Shown: piece by piece, positions 21,798 through 37,001 of the stretch
Layout: each line of letters opens with the position of its first letter
Numbering within the stretch: the stretch's first letter is position 1
NCBI GenBank assembly: GCA_037379345.1
Contig: CM074513.1
Coordinates: 40,420,885 to 40,484,884, forward strand
Origin: Perna viridis
Lineage: Eukaryota
DNA length: 64,000 nt
Direction of reading: 5' to 3'
Notes under the pieces: model-generated
Told to the model about the DNA's origin: nothing
Databases searched by the model: none
Seen by the model: only the letters and a program-made list of their open reading frames with translations
Program-made: the position numbers and the translations under genes

Positions 21798-24338
21798 AAT
21801 GATCCCTAACGAACTTTTAAAAATATCAATACTAAAGACTTTCCAAAACAACGATAGACCATTTCTACCACTGACAGATAACAATAGAAAACATTTCCTT
21901 CCCTGATTGATGATACTGTTCCAATAATGGTTATCAATAAAGATGCCAAGTTCAACAAACACAAGAATGTAAAACAATGTTTATGTCTAGTTAGATAGTG
22001 GAAAGGAAACATAGTTATTAACCAACATAGTAAAGAATCCAATGAGAAGTAATAAAACCAGCTATAAAGATACAAATTAAAGCCGTAATAACTGACACGA
22101 TGTTAACTGTGAAAGAAAGTCAACTCTCTAAAGTTGTAAATGTAAAATATCACTTATGTGCGGCACAAAAAAACACAAAAAAGAGATTACTCTTATATAT
22201 GTTATTCTCTGAATCAGTTTTGTGTGTTTTATTTCCATCATGTCACAGTATTCCTGTAAGTGTATACTACTTATTGATTTCAATATCGAGTTTGTTCATG
22301 CTTTGTCTATTTTTCATAATAGCATAATATTGAATTCATTATTAATGAAACTTTAACAGTCATTCTATCGGATGCAATAAAGCAAAGCAAATAAAAGAAA
22401 TCGAGGCTAATTAAAAAAATGTCATTAAATGTTCATAATGTTGAACGTACATTCGAATCTGTATTTAAACAAATCAATTTAGATAAAAAGTTCAATTCTT
22501 TTATGTGAAAACTTTTATTCCATTAATTTTGGTTGCTTAACCCAATTCTGTTCGAACCGCGTGGGTTTTAAGAAAAATCAATGGATAAAGAGTATTAACC
22601 AAATTAAGCCAATGTTTTGGGAATCTATTGAGGAAGATGAAATTTGCGGATATTTTCTAACAGAGTTTTACTGTATTTCAAACTCTAACTTGGACATCTT
22701 GAGACATTAATGGCTTTGTAAGGAATAATATATTCTACAAGAGCGAAACTTGACAAAAATAATTGTAAAATAGGAAATATATGTCAATAATGATAATATA
22801 TCACACAGTGACAAAATTCACTCCATTTCATAATGGTACTTGATACAGCGAAGCAGATTATTAATTTATCACTTGTATTACGCTTGTTTTAATTCAAGAT
22901 TTAGAATCGCTGTAAAGAGCTCGAAAAATGAAGTGTAAGCACTATTCTCACTGATCAAGTTATAAACCGAAATTTTCCATTAATTTACAGAATGCCAAGC
23001 AGAATTAATGAATCGTCTTCCAATCTGCTGAAAATGCCATATAACATTATGTGCCCACGCGTGATGAAGGAAACAAGTTTACCAGTATGGAAGTTTTGAA
23101 GCTAATAATGAGAGATGGGCATCGATAATTGTTCTTAATCCTGTCAATAAAATTTATCGTGTCTCCTATCATTGGTTCTTAAAACCATATGAACTGAATA
23201 TTATGTTTCTTCGAAAGCATTTTTAATTCCTTGTGCTAGTTTATAGGTATTTGTTATTTATTACGATATGCTCCTATTATGACAATATCATTATTTGTAA
23301 ACGTTTTGATGAATTTAACAAACTTTATATTAGATCATAGACAGTTAACACATCCATGTTGTCATCTCCCAAAAAGGGAAAAACCTGACCCATGAAACTC
23401 TTTGGAACCCTCTCTAACTATATTGATTTTGTGTTAAGTCCAAACTACATACCTTCTAATGTTTCTTAAAATAGCTGTGTATACTAGGTGAGGTATATTT
23501 TTTACTTATACAATTTCATATCATATGTATCTATTCATATCAGCAGGTAACTTCCGAAGACTTCTGTGAACTAATTTCTTTTCTAATTTCCAGAAAACTT
23601 TTTTATATATCTACTTTAGTAAATTACTCAGTTTTTTAGGTTGTAAAATTTTACCTAGTATGTTTGAATGAAACGATTTTGTCCTAATTATTCAACACTG
23701 GATGCTTCATTACTAAGACTTTAAAAATAGGCGGTGGCTGTATATCGGAAAAGGAACTGTTGGTAAAGACACAAGATTAAAAATGAATTGAATATGCAAC
23801 ACATCTGCTTTATCTTATAGGATACAATTGTCTTTGTTTATATGGTAACAACAACTATAACAGTTTCTTATGTTTACAAGGCTTTTGCTGAAAATGATTA
23901 GTGCAAAAAGTATTTTGCCTGAAATGGATATAATGACAGTTCTCTTGTAACCAAAACTGATGAAATTGAAACAGTTTCAATCAATTTTCTACAGTAACTT
24001 GATCAGCAAAGGGGAAGTCAGAAAATTATTCCCAAAGAGAACCAACTACGCCTACATAAAACGACAGATCGTAAATCTGTCTATTGTTCATTACAGTGCT
24101 GTAATGAAAGACATTGTGCATTACCGTTCAAAAGGCATCAAACTCGCTAAATTAAAACCTTATTTTCAAAACCAGCTTTCTACAAACTGGAAGTTAATCG
24201 TTAGATAGCGTTTTTAACGATGATTTGCTGCGTTTTGAGTAACATGGTTCCATCACATTATGATAATAATAGTAAAATAATGTATTAAACACTATATTTT
24301 AATTCATTTTCAGTGGATATATCGTAATGTTAACTCAC

Positions 24339-25141
24339 CGTAAGATGTCGCGGACTTATTTCTTGACACAATGTCATCTCATTTTTGGAAACGTCGAAGT
24401 CTTTCATTGGATGTATAACCTCTCCGATTATGTCGTCTCGAGAAAATCTGTCAAAGCTCAACACTACGAAATGAAGTGTGATATCAGCAAGCTGGTTAGG
24501 ATTGATTCCATAAAATGTAAAAGTTTCGTCATACTGGGGGTTCAGTGTCTTCCTCAAAACTCTTGTCTTGACTTTGTGCCTCTTTTCTGGTAGAAGTTGG
24601 AGTTTGATATATGGATCACAACCTCCCAAACTTGGGTCTCTTGTGGGAAGATCTTTCACATTTATGACCGTGACCAATAGTGTCATCTTTTGAAGGTCGT
24701 ACGCTATAGAAAACGACATATTTCCTAATGAAATTTGCTTCTCATCGAGTTGTTTTTCGCGCATACTTTCCTCCTTTTCATACACTATTTCTGGTTTTTC
24801 CTCTTTTTCATTCTCGACGTAAGCTTGATCAGGCGATCTTTGCCTGCTACCGGCATCAGAGTGAGATGAATATGTTGGTGACAACTTCCTGTCTTGTGGA
24901 GAAATGTCTTGCCTGGAGTGACCTAAAGGGCTAGTAGCTTTGTGTTTAATTGGTGTCCCTAGCGGAGGGATATTTTTCTTTACTCCCGGGTTTTCCTTTA
25001 AACCTTTTTTTATTGCTGTTGATAATCTACTTTGAGCCAAACGGCTGCGACGCTGTCTATAACATTTGTAAGTTACCACGGTCAGCAACAATAGGAACCC
25101 GATTACACCGGCACATATACCTGCTATTCCAACAGCAGATA
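24339..25141 (-). CDS. SYT4: Synaptotagmin-4/11 orthologue, exon encoding TM segment, linker and C2A
   Basis: Acceptor tttccag, donor GTGAGT. TM SAVGIAGICAGVIGFLLLLTVV. C2A DPYIKLQLLPEKRHKVKTRVLRKTLNP..VLSFDRFSRDDIIGEV carries the Syt4/11 D-to-S substitution. Confidence 0.93.
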
Positions 25142-27074
25142 CTGGAAATATAGATAAAAAATGTAATTAACAATGCATGTTTTGTCTACAGATGACTCAA
25201 GATTGAAAGAAACTATTATCAGCAAATTCTCTACAAGTATTTAAAACCCGGAGGTTATACTCATAGTATTTTTCCTCTACCCACGAAATTTAAGACCTAT
25301 GAAAAATGATGAAACTACAGTAGTACAAATTGACATGACGTTGTTTGGTACAATTTAAAACAATATTAATATTCAATATATCGGCCAGTGAACTTTGAAC
25401 ACACATAACCAATAATCATGAAGGCAAAGACGGAACAATAAATTAACATATACATGGTAACCTAAATATAAACAATGAACGATTTAAGTATTTATTATGT
25501 ATACTACATAACCTTGTTTCCTCCGATGCATTTTTAAGCTACATTTTTGCAAATCATTGACCTCCGCTTTGTCTATGTTTTATCTCCATAATAAATAATT
25601 CAGCATTGCTGAGCAAACTACACAAAATGTAACTAGTTCTGTCTTTTGTACAATACGTCTTAAGTTAATTCTGTGCAGAACAATTTATACCGCTGTAATC
25701 AAGTGCTTTATTTATAAGGCACAATTTATACACAGTTTCTGTTTTCTTTTTTAATTCGTTTGCTGTAGTAGGAATATGGAGAGAATGTTTGAAGGTTATA
25801 ACTAAAAGCTCGTGTGAGAATCTATTAGTCATCCTCAATTGCTTTTTGGGCTGCATGCCGAATACCGTTATAGTACTGTCAGTGTAAATTCATTGTATAT
25901 TTTTGTTTAGTCAAACTCGTAAAACTAATTGCAATACAGGGATTGATCAGCACTTATCAACCTGCGCACTTTAAAACAAGGTATATCGACTTTAATGGGT
26001 TAATTCTCAGTTCTCCGCTTTTGCATTTCTAAAATCAATAGTTGCAGCTTTATTTTCTAAAAAAAATCTATTGTTCCAGTCATGAATTTCAGTGCAATTT
26101 TATTAAATATATTGTCCTTTGAGTCTTGTATTATCGAATTTAAGACATTTTCAATTCAGACACGAAACTATTAAACTATGAACTGTTTGATATTTTCAAT
26201 TTTTACCTAAAACACACTGCCAATGCATATTAATAACATCATACAAAATGTACTAACAAATTTATCTTTTACTCTAATACGTACTAGGGTGACGCACGTA
26301 TTTCTTGATCTGGGAAACGATAACTCACATGATGCCATTTTGTTCCCCCGAGCTGATCGGTGGTCAATATTTCCCTTAACACCACACAAATAACTAACCT
26401 TATGAGAACTTGAGTTGACTGAAACCGCCATAATGAGACATTTATTCGCTATAACATGATAATATCCTCGTCGAATTCCAAAATGTCAACCGTTCTAACT
26501 GACTGGAATTTTTTAGAATTTGTAACACTTTCAAAATTCTTAACGAAAATCCATCCACCAGTTAAGGTTGACATACGATGCTTAGAAATTGCACGACAAA
26601 ATACCTCCAAGGAACACATTGAATAAAGAAAATTATCTGCACAACTGTAAAAAATGTCCTTCAAATGTATTGCGATTTTTGATATACAAGAAGTGTCATT
26701 AATCAAATGTGGACTTTGACTGACATATTCTACAGGAACTAACAGATAATCTTAAACCAAATATATTTATGTACGTAGTAGTATGAAACATTTCGATGGC
26801 ACATGCGGCGACTTTGGTCAACTATTGTCAACTATTCTTTCCTTTGATTTACATTTAAATCTACTCTTTCGTGTGAAGTTTTGTCTCTCAACGCATACTC
26901 TTTTGTTAGATATCGATGTTTTATATAGATATCTGAGGTGGACAAGAAGGTTTCGGTCGACAATCTACTGTCATTACAATTATTTGATTGACCAGTATGG
27001 ATAGTCCGTTTCAAATAGTAAAACGAACAACCATCTTTCATGGGTATTACTCCTCTTCATAGGACTCACCTTAT

Positions 27075-27180
27075 AACGAGCAGCAGGGCTAGTGTTTGAC
27101 AAGAAGTGCAAACTGCTAAACTTCAAGAGCACCCGAGTTCACCCCGGTTATAAGTTGAGTCCTTACTGTTGTTTTTCTGC
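27075..27180 (+). repeat. Diverged HINE-like repeat fragment
   Basis: GAGCACCCGAGTTCACCCCGGTT motif, related to the family at 20765-21010. Confidence 0.4.
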
Positions 27181-28766
27181 CTTTCTTTTTACTCCTTACT
27201 GATGTGAGAATTTTCACTTGTCCAGGGTGTTTTTTTCGGCGTTGGCATTGCCATTTTGTCTTATTCTTAATTTGTGATACTTATTCAAGACAATGCAACG
27301 TTCATATTGTTATTGAAACTTTTAGGAGAATCAAAAGAAAATCGAAGTTGAATTGTGGACTATCACCGCTTTTCACATTACATTGTATCAACAACCTAAT
27401 CTGTTTCCTCGACTCATATAACATTAAATCAATGTTTCAAACCAAGTAGATAAACAGGAATTTCGTCATTAAGTAATGAATGTTGTTTCTAGAGCCAGTT
27501 GATATTGATAGAATATCAAAAGTCTTTGAAAAAAAGGCAATGATGCAAAGAATAACAGATAAGATATGCCATCTTCATTTTATAAATCCTACATATATCT
27601 TAATGGATGCTAGAATGTGTGGGCCTGACCTGTCATTATAAAATCGAAATAATTTGTTTGTTCGATATTTCTGTAAGGCGCTGACTGAATTACATGAAAT
27701 TTGCAGTCTGTTATTCCTAAGGACATTTCCTGAAAACAAACAGGAACTCAAATGGTATTTTATTTTTATTCAAGTACGGCAGTATAAAATCGAAGTAAAC
27801 TATGAGTTCAAAACTATCTTACAACAATGAAAGGTCATCTTCAGAGCATGACTGTAATTATCAGGATCCCCCCCCCCCCACACACACACAATTTAAGACT
27901 TTAGCGGCGCTCAAAAACCGTTTTGGTGTAATCACAGCACAAAAAGTCAACCATAGATACTCGAAAGTATTTTGCACACGACCGCAATTACTCGTCGCAA
28001 GGTCAATTCTCATGCGTTTTATCGTCGTTTTAGATCACCAAAGACAGTTCGACCTTTTTAGCTTTTATATGTCCGTTCTTCAACAATCAATCAACCAAAT
28101 AAAATTATTTGCATTTGTTCTATATAAGGAATAAAGCTTTAGATTGTACATTTAGATTTTTATTTAATTTATCTGCAGACTCTACTTTTTTATGTATTTT
28201 TCTGCAAACAATTCTACACCTTTCATTCTAAGAAGGACGGCGTTGCAGGTTAATTGCACCTGACAAAGTAGTTATTTTCATATCTAAAGCGAGTTTATTT
28301 CCATTAAATGTATGAAGTGCGATTCTCGTCCGTTAAAATTGGGTTGTATGCTTCAACCTAATCAGGGACACACCTTTTAACTATTTTCCATCGAGTTGAT
28401 ATTGCGGGCATAGAAAGTAATCGTAGCTTAGCATCCCACATACATTCATATCATTTTCTTTTCAAGAAGTTTTAATAAGTAAGGGAATAGTTCATTTATT
28501 CTCTATGAAATTCAATAGTAAAATTGCTTTCAGTGAAAGGCGGCTTCATGTCTATTGTATAATTTTCCTTGCCATGGAAACGAACAGAACGCAAAAAGAC
28601 ATATTCATTCCATAACCAATATAAAACGATCGATCAGCTTTTTATAAAGTTATTTGAAAGACTGACATAGGTTGACTTTAATCAAGCCACCCTTAATGAC
28701 ATAGACATTCAACTTATGCTGGCATGTTGCTGTGAGATGATCAATTATACATTGTGATCTTTTACC

Positions 28767-28827
28767 TGTTTGTCAGTGAGTTTTAACTGTTTATCAGTGA
28801 GTTTTAACTGTTTATCAGTGAGTTTTA
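28767..28827. repeat. 21-bp tandem repeat, about 3 copies (CTGTTTATCAGTGAGTTTTAA)
   Basis: Direct inspection. Confidence 0.85.
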
Positions 28828-31800
28828 CATAGTAAAGTGTATATATCCAAATAATGCGCTTTTGCATTTGATTTAGATGCAGATTAAGACATGTAAGTGC
28901 TAAGGAAACCGTAGATAGACAAAGGACAGCGTCTCCTAACCTTTATAAAACAATAACTTCATATTACAGTCTAGACGACGTTATCCATTATCAAGAGTCA
29001 AACCTAATTAGCAAACATTAAATAAAATGTACTGAAGCCACCCACGTCGCTAATAATTCCAAATGTTAGCTCTAAACATTAGCATAATGTCTTATGACAT
29101 ATTTTGAAAGGCGAGGTAAATACAAATTCATAACAATGTCACGCAAATGTTGCTGAAACCATGTCAACGTAAATGATTTACTAGACCGTGATTAAAAGCA
29201 TTCAAAATCTCCATTCTCGGGACCAATTTAGCATTTTTCACAAGTAATAAAAATGTCTTCCCTCAGACTACTGAATTATTTGGCATCAAATCAACTCACA
29301 TCACGTTAAAATTTGTTACTAACAGAAAAAAAAGTGATAATAGCATACTTCAATTAATGGCACACATCATTCATTTCAAGATAAAATATTCAATGAATAA
29401 TTTTATCTGAAGATGACTATTTACCAAATGTCGTTAAGATCATATTCTTGTTATTTTTCATGATAAATCTGTAGATTTAAGAAATGTGGTCTCACTTGAA
29501 TTAAAAATACTATAATTGATAATGTGTCTCTCTAAGATTCATGTTTCAAAACACTATTGAGAAAGCAAATGTTAAAATAAGGATATTTCTCTTTGAAAGC
29601 AAAGCATTTACATTCATTCTGTCTGTGGTCTTTAAAGAAATTTATACTAAGTAATTGGTCCGTAAATCGACGACCCATTTCCGTATTTCTATCTTGAATC
29701 TGAATTGTGTTTTATGGCATAAAAATAAAGAACTTATTTTTTTTTCACATAAGTTATCTACATGCGAGCATAATAACGAAGACATATGCAGTTATTTCTC
29801 AATTCTCTATCAATAAAATAGGCTAGATTGTTTATCCCGCTACTCCGATCCGTTGCTACCGGTACAATACAACCACGATAAATTATCCTTTAACAGTTTA
29901 AATGTTTCTTTCTTTAAATTATACCCCGAAGTATTGTATTATTCATTTATAGTCGTATGTTAACGGAGGTTGTTAGCCGTTTCAAGCATGTGACTTGGTA
30001 TAACGTGCAGAAATATAGTACTATATCACTTGTAGACATGTGATAATATCAGCTACGTTCCTTGCAACAAGTAAAATGAAAAGCAGTTAACATTTTCAAA
30101 TAACACATGTATACTAGATAAAAATTAAAATTGAAATAGTTCAAGTACATATAACTGTTCGACGATCTGTCAATTTCTCTTGCTGTGGTAAAATTTCTTT
30201 CCTTCCCAAGTATTTAGTCATGTATGCTACTCGAGAACGTGTTGGAGGAACACATTTTTAACTAATTGTACTACTAAATACAGAGAAACTTTTCAAGCAG
30301 ATTGAAGTTTGGATTACTTATAAAGGTATTCAAGTGCTTCCGTAAATTTCTCTAACGTAACCGTACGTCTTGTTAATCATAAAGACAGAACATTCAACAT
30401 AGTTTTCTTCTTCCATTTAATACCGGAGCGACTCAAAGTTGGTGATTGTTTCTATAAAAGCAGATTTTGTTCATCTTACCCATGAGACTAATCTATTCTA
30501 GACTTTGATGGAGTTTAGAGACCTCAGTTTCTTTGAGGTTTCCGTAGATTATGCCTCCATTTTATTTAATTGTATTTATTATTTTTTGTTGACTGACAAG
30601 TTTAACTGATTTAATAGTTGTTTCCTCTAATTCGACTTTAAAAGAAACAATCGATTTCCTTTTTGGTCAGAACGTAATTTGTATCATTGTCGGACTCTTC
30701 TACAGCTAAAGGTTGCAGTTGTCACGAAATTTTATCTACCTTTACAAAAGATATTTTAGAAATAATAACGCCCTCCTTTTCGAATTTTATTCTTAGATAG
30801 TATTACTCATACAAAGCAAGGAGCAAAATGTTGAAGTGTTTGTTTTAAATTCACATCCTCAAAATCTCTCCTACATGGAGAATAACAAATACTCCCTCAA
30901 CCCTTTTTATCTAGTTTCATATTACAAACTAACAACATGGTCTTACAGTTGCAAACAAAAGTTGATGACAATTTTATTCATAAGAACAATAATTATACAT
31001 AGGAGTTGTGATACTAATAATCTGTGTTGTTTGTTATAACACATTTGATTATAAAAAAAAATAATTTATGTTGTCTGATAAGTTTGTATTCTAAGGGAGA
31101 GGGAACTATAAAAATTTATTACTGAGAATGAGATTAACATGCATTAACAAGTGTTAACTGTGGAAGAATGCTGAGTTCTATTTTTAGATGCACATGTAAT
31201 TGTCAAGTGCATGAAAATAAGTTGTTTGGTGTATTTATCATTTATCTAAAAGTAGTGAAAAAGCATTTTTTATTCTTAAGAAGAATATTTCCAATAAGAG
31301 TTTTCTTATGGGCTCAACCGGGAGTTTGGAGTACTGGCGAGTCCGGGTAAGGAATTTTATGTAAATTTATGTATTAAAATTATTAATTAACAGTTGAATC
31401 GTTTTATTTGTTGAAGTTTTTTCATTTAAAAAATAATCATGACAAAATTTTGAAGTACTTCAGAAAGAATATTAAGGTTTATAGTACAAAAATAAAAAGA
31501 AATAAAATCATAAGTAACGACACGGAAAGAAATAAATGAGACTAATATAAATGCAGCGATATAATAGCCTTGGTAAAAACAATATACAAAGATAAAAAAA
31601 AACCATTCAGATAACTTTACAATCCGGGCTCCAGTAAAAACTGGGAATAGGAACGTGGATATAGTCCAGAGGCCATGTCAAAGAAATTCTCGTAGGAATA
31701 GGACCTGTCTTAGGATGGACTTGGGACTTTTTCCTAAGTCATGTCAATAAAAGTCTCCTAACTAAAGATACGTCCTAAAGTAATTAGAATACCTCGATAG

Positions 31801-34265
31801 GTGTCCGAAGATGATCTTAGGATACTCCTAAAACTTAAAATGAGCTTAAGATGCCCTTTCCTTACTACTCATGATTCATGATTCGTACAATACGTGTTTA
31901 ACGACTTTTGAAATTAAAAGTAATGATATCGAGTGGACCTCTGATCTAATCTTTTATGTGTATCAAGTTGACCATAGGTAGATATCAGTTTTAAACTGTA
32001 CTTGTGTATACTACATTAACGACAAAAAAATTATTAGAATTAATAGTGTCAATTTTTGTAGAATTTTTCAATGGTCTGTACATATCATAAATTTGATATA
32101 TACACCTTTTCAATATGTTCACAATTCAGTTTTTTTTTATATTTATCTAACATTAAATCATAAAAAATAACATCGCATCGTCTTAAGACCATATTAGGAT
32201 GACCATAGTAAGGTTCATCCTAAGATAGCTTCGATTTACATGTGTCTCGTGCTTGTCCTAAGACCATCCTAATTTTATTCCTAAGGTATGTCAAATGGTG
32301 GATTCCCTATGTGAATCAATATCATATAAAATATTTGAAGTTATATAAATATAAAATATTAGAAATATTAATGTTTTTTTTATTTTTATTTAACGCTTCT
32401 TTTTTTTTTTATATATAAAAACAGCATCGTTTATCGACTGACACAGACATCAGATGTACTTTGATAAAGACCAGACCTTTTTAAGATGCAAATGTAAAAA
32501 AAAGCACAGAGGCGACCCAAGGACGACTGCATATGACATCGCTTGGTAGATAATGAAAAATCGATGTAGGATTATGAAATAATTTGATATTCCGTCGAAT
32601 AATCGATCTATCTTTTCCATCTGAGTCTTCCGGACGTTCCGGATTCTAGCGGATATTACACTAACAGTCTTTTGGTTTTAAATAATTGTTCATTGATTCT
32701 GTGAAACGTCAGATAATTGCTTTTTATCAAGAGAGGCGCCAATTAGCCGATATATTTCTCTTTGGAATTATATTTGATTTTGTTTTTATCAGTTAATTCC
32801 AACGAAAAGTAGTATTCAAATTATTAATTCTAAGATAATAACAGAAAGAAACTTAATGTTGGACACTTTGAATATATTATGTAACGTTTTTAACACTCTA
32901 AGTACATCACCCTACTTGTGTAACTTGGACCATATATTTTATCTTGATATTGAACAAGTCCTTCAAAAATCATTAGGTTTCGTCTTTTTGACTGCTATTG
33001 ACCCTCTAGTGTTAGTAGAGGATTGATGTTTCAGTCAGTAGACATTGTCAATACGTATTATGATTCTCTAACCTATGTTGGTATTATTAGCCTTCCTGTC
33101 CGAGTACATGGTCATGATAAACCTGATCTGTGTCAGTGGCTATTTGAAAAACGAATGAAATAGTTATATAACTAATGGAAATTTGAAAAATTAGTAAACC
33201 CATTCCCTCAGAAAGTAAAGGTGCTTTGTTGTGGATGTAGACTAAAATGTTTAAGGGTATTTTGAATTAAAGATGTAATTTTAGTTTACCTTCTTTGGTT
33301 GATGTCATGGAGCTTGTTAACAAGTATTACAATAATTATGCAAATAAAAAACAACCCTGTTTGCATCTAAACCTGTTTTTTTTTATCAAAAGAATAGAAG
33401 CAAGAAACCGCGCTAAATTTCAGAGCTTCTAATTGGAGAGACAAGAAATACATTGACAGCATAAAGAAATAAAAAGGATAATTTTGTTGAGTAACATAAC
33501 ACTTGAGGATCCAAAATGACTATAGAAGAAGCGGTTGTTTATCCCAACCCTTTACACAACTGTTTTAAGCAATATTGAATGTTTTTCTTATCAACTTTGT
33601 CTTTTAGTATTTTTGTATTAAAAATATTCACAGTCACTTTTATCTTCGCATCTGTAAGTCCATAGCACATTCCATATAAATAAAACTTTCATTGAACTAT
33701 TTATATTTTATGACAAGTATCTTACCATACATAGCCAAGGAGATGCAATAAATAGGAACAAAACAAAAACAAAAAAAACCCTGCCTGTGCTACTTTCAAA
33801 TACTTTAAATTCTTTGCTTGTTTTTATTTGTTACTTTGACCCTGGATTACATTCTTTTGGTTACCGCTATAACCTTGGTTCCCTTGATATACTGGTGTCC
33901 CTCTTCAACTTAGATTAAAACATCGTAAAGAGTCATTGTTTAAGTATGGTAAAAGGAATAAGCATTGGTGTAACACCGATGACTAGATAGTCGATTTTTT
34001 TTCATTCAAAGAGATATTTGTTATTATACATTTTCTTTTTACAAAACACATAATATTTGGAAGTTCTCAATATAAAAGGAAAACATAATAAAGTATTAAA
34101 GCATAATAAAGTTAAGTCCTTCGATATTAATAGAATGCGAGATATGCATGGTAAACATATGTCAGTAGAAGACTTGTATCACAACATTATGACGAGAAAA
34201 CAAAATGGTTTGAATTGAAATAAAAATAATTGATAATTGTAATAAAAGAGGTTTCCGTTACTTAC

Positions 34266-34296
34266 TGGAATGATGTATCTCGGGTGATTTTACCAT
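34266..34296 (-). CDS. SYT4: Candidate first coding exon of synaptotagmin-4/11 (MVKSPEIHHS-)
   Basis: ATG plus 10 codons plus 1 nt, then a strong CA/GTAAGT donor. Phase 1 matches the exon starting at 25141. Promoter-like motifs lie just upstream. Alternative candidates exist. Confidence 0.4.
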
Positions 34297-34447
34297 AATT
34301 GTGATGAAATGTCCAGGTATAATATTGTTTCTACATTATGACTACAAATATTCCATACACGTCTCTTCTAAACAAGCATACGTTCGTGATATCAGTATTT
34401 TCTAAGAAATCGATTGGTTTTCAGACAAATCTGGATGCCTTAGCGTC

Positions 34448-34497
34448 TGACGTAAATCCATTTATTTTGAAGAGGACGGCATGATTGCACATGCGCA
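34448..34497 (-). promoter_or_regulatory. Putative synaptotagmin promoter motifs (CRE-like TGACGTAA, NRF1-like TGCACATGCGCA)
   Basis: Motifs at 34448-34455 and 34486-34497, about 150-200 nt upstream of the candidate start codon. Confidence 0.3.
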
Positions 34498-36369
34498 TTA
34501 AATAAGATGAATTGAACAGCAACAGATAATTATAACTTTAATAATTAATACAAATTAGGAATAATTAGTCGCATCGATGGGAAATAGATACAGTGCAATA
34601 TTCTATCGGGAACTGTAAACTTTCTTGGTGGACAAAATCGAGAATATTATATGATAAATACATGCTTCTGGCACTGAGCAGACGACAAAGTAATTGTAGC
34701 AGAAACATGCAACAAAAACATAAATCACTGAATCAATGACTGAATATTGATTTGGTGCCTTCCACGACACCAAAGTAAATCCATGAAAATTGACATTTTC
34801 ATTTATTTGATCAACACATAAACAAACAAAGAAAACCACGGAAGCGTTTATTTTATGCAGCTTTAACTTATTTACACCCACAGAAATTCTATTAAAGTGT
34901 AAAGTGTAGAATAGGAGACATAATGGTAAAAGGGTTCGTTAGACATACAAAGGTTGATATAAATACTTAATTTAGAATGTCCCTTTATGGTTGCAACTAT
35001 TTGGTTGCTTTAAAACATAATTATAAATCTCTTTAGATTACTTATCACTTGCCTCCACCAGCGTTATTATTTCTAAATTTAATCGTCTTTAAGCTCTTTG
35101 CAGACAAACAAAATAAGTTTAAATAAGTCACTGGAAAACTGACTGAAAATGATGATGGAGTTGTTTTTTTTCTTTTAAGTTCCATGTAATAGTTTCATTA
35201 GAAAATATGATGGCTATTAAACAAATGTGCAATGGGAAATGGTAGACTGTTAAATGATACGATGAAACGTATAAAGATATGTGGAAAATATAACAATAAC
35301 AGTACCAATATGAATTTGAATATTTCTTTTATTACATATGCATTTAAATATACAAATTAACTTATTTAACATTTATTTAGCAGTGTTTCGTGAACACCTT
35401 CTTCGCGTTTTTACCCATTAAAATGCGCTTAATGTTTGATTTCAAACGAGAAATTAACGAAAATTTGAAAAGTAACACATTCATTTATCAACTATACCAT
35501 CAAAAAGCTAACGACTTCTCGTTTTGTTTCGTCAGTTTTACATTGTGTCATCTATTTACGGAAATAGTACCTTCAAGGTCTTCAGTTTTCTTTTATCACC
35601 ATAAACTTGCCAAACTATATGAAAAGAGCATCTCCACCATAGTAACATTTATTCTTCATTTTATCGAGATTACCTACCATAGAATACTAGATTATAAACT
35701 TGAGTTTAAGGCAGTTCATTTTTGTTTGACCTTACACTAAAAAGGGCGATTAAAGTCTTAAAAAACTAGTTATCCTCACCGCACACATGCCCCTGTGCAC
35801 AGTCAAGAGATATCGGTCATTTTGTTATTTTATTTTATTTTTATTCTGAAAAAGTGTCATCGTACTGTTACCACGGATTTTAATTACTTGTGTTGTTTGG
35901 TGGGGACATTTCTGGGCTTATTTAAAGGTGTGTTTACACCTGTTGAAGATGTCTTGGTCATCCCTGAAAGTATTTACTATTTTGTATTTACGCTGGTGCA
36001 TTTGTTGCGTTTCAACATATCCATTCTTTTTCTATTGTGTAGAAGAAATACTGTTTTGGACAAAAGAATTATAATTATATATAATGATAACATATTGTTG
36101 CACTGCAATACTCCTACTAACAATATATTAATTAACTCAACCACGGAGATTATATGGACGAGATGTATTTGTCAGGAAGAAAACTTGTTGAGATAATTAT
36201 AACTTGCAGTGGAACGTTATAAGCTTACGCTAATTTTTACAAAACATCTACAGAAATATAAATTGCCTAGCTATATCTTAACAGCCATACTATATTAAGA
36301 CGTTAGTATAAATCATGGCTAATGAAATCTACGACATTTATTACATGTGTGTTAAATCAAAAGGTTAGT

Positions 36370-37001
36370 TCAAAATTTATAATCTCCGATATTTGTTTTG
36401 TCTTGTGATTTTTTAATATATTTGTGCTTCTTCTGTTTACTATCCCTGTAGTCTTTTACTATTTTGGCAACTTCTTCTACTGGTGGAACCAAAATAGCAA
36501 ATGCTGCAGCGATCATGACCCACACCTGGCACACTGTTACCCATGTGTTATATTGACTGGATGACAGGATGTCCATTGTCAAAACACTAGACGGTATCAC
36601 GATGCCGAACACACATAAACTAAACAAACCACCAAAAATAGCAAGGAAGCGGGCATTCCGGAAGATTTTGACCATGTGCTTTGTTGTTACTGCTTCATCT
36701 TCTCCTACATGAATGCGAACTAATTCGTCATGGTAAAGTCTCCTCCATGGGCTCAGTGGATTGTCAATTGACATAGTTCTATCCCATATCTTCTCAGCAT
36801 CCTTGGCTGATTTAATGTTATTAGTACAAAGGGAGACTATCACTGTTAGGCTTACACTTACAGTTACACCAGATATCATACCACCAAGTAAACTGTAATC
36901 TTTAGATGAATTTACTAAAAAGTCACGTAGACCTGTCTCGTAAACTAATTCAGTTACAACTAACAATCCCACAAAATAACATATACCTCCACATACACTA
37001 C
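36370..37001 (-). CDS. DUR3: DUR3-like urea/solute symporter (SSF family), last exon
   Basis: Acceptor tattttcag. Reads GSVCGGICYFVGLL...IDNPLSPW...W..IAAAFAILVPPVEE, then TGA. Multiple TM helices. Confidence 0.88.

Noticed and set aside
35795-36196. 133-aa plus-strand ORF
   Set aside because: GTG start, low-complexity AT-rich composition, antisense to the likely DUR3 3' UTR.
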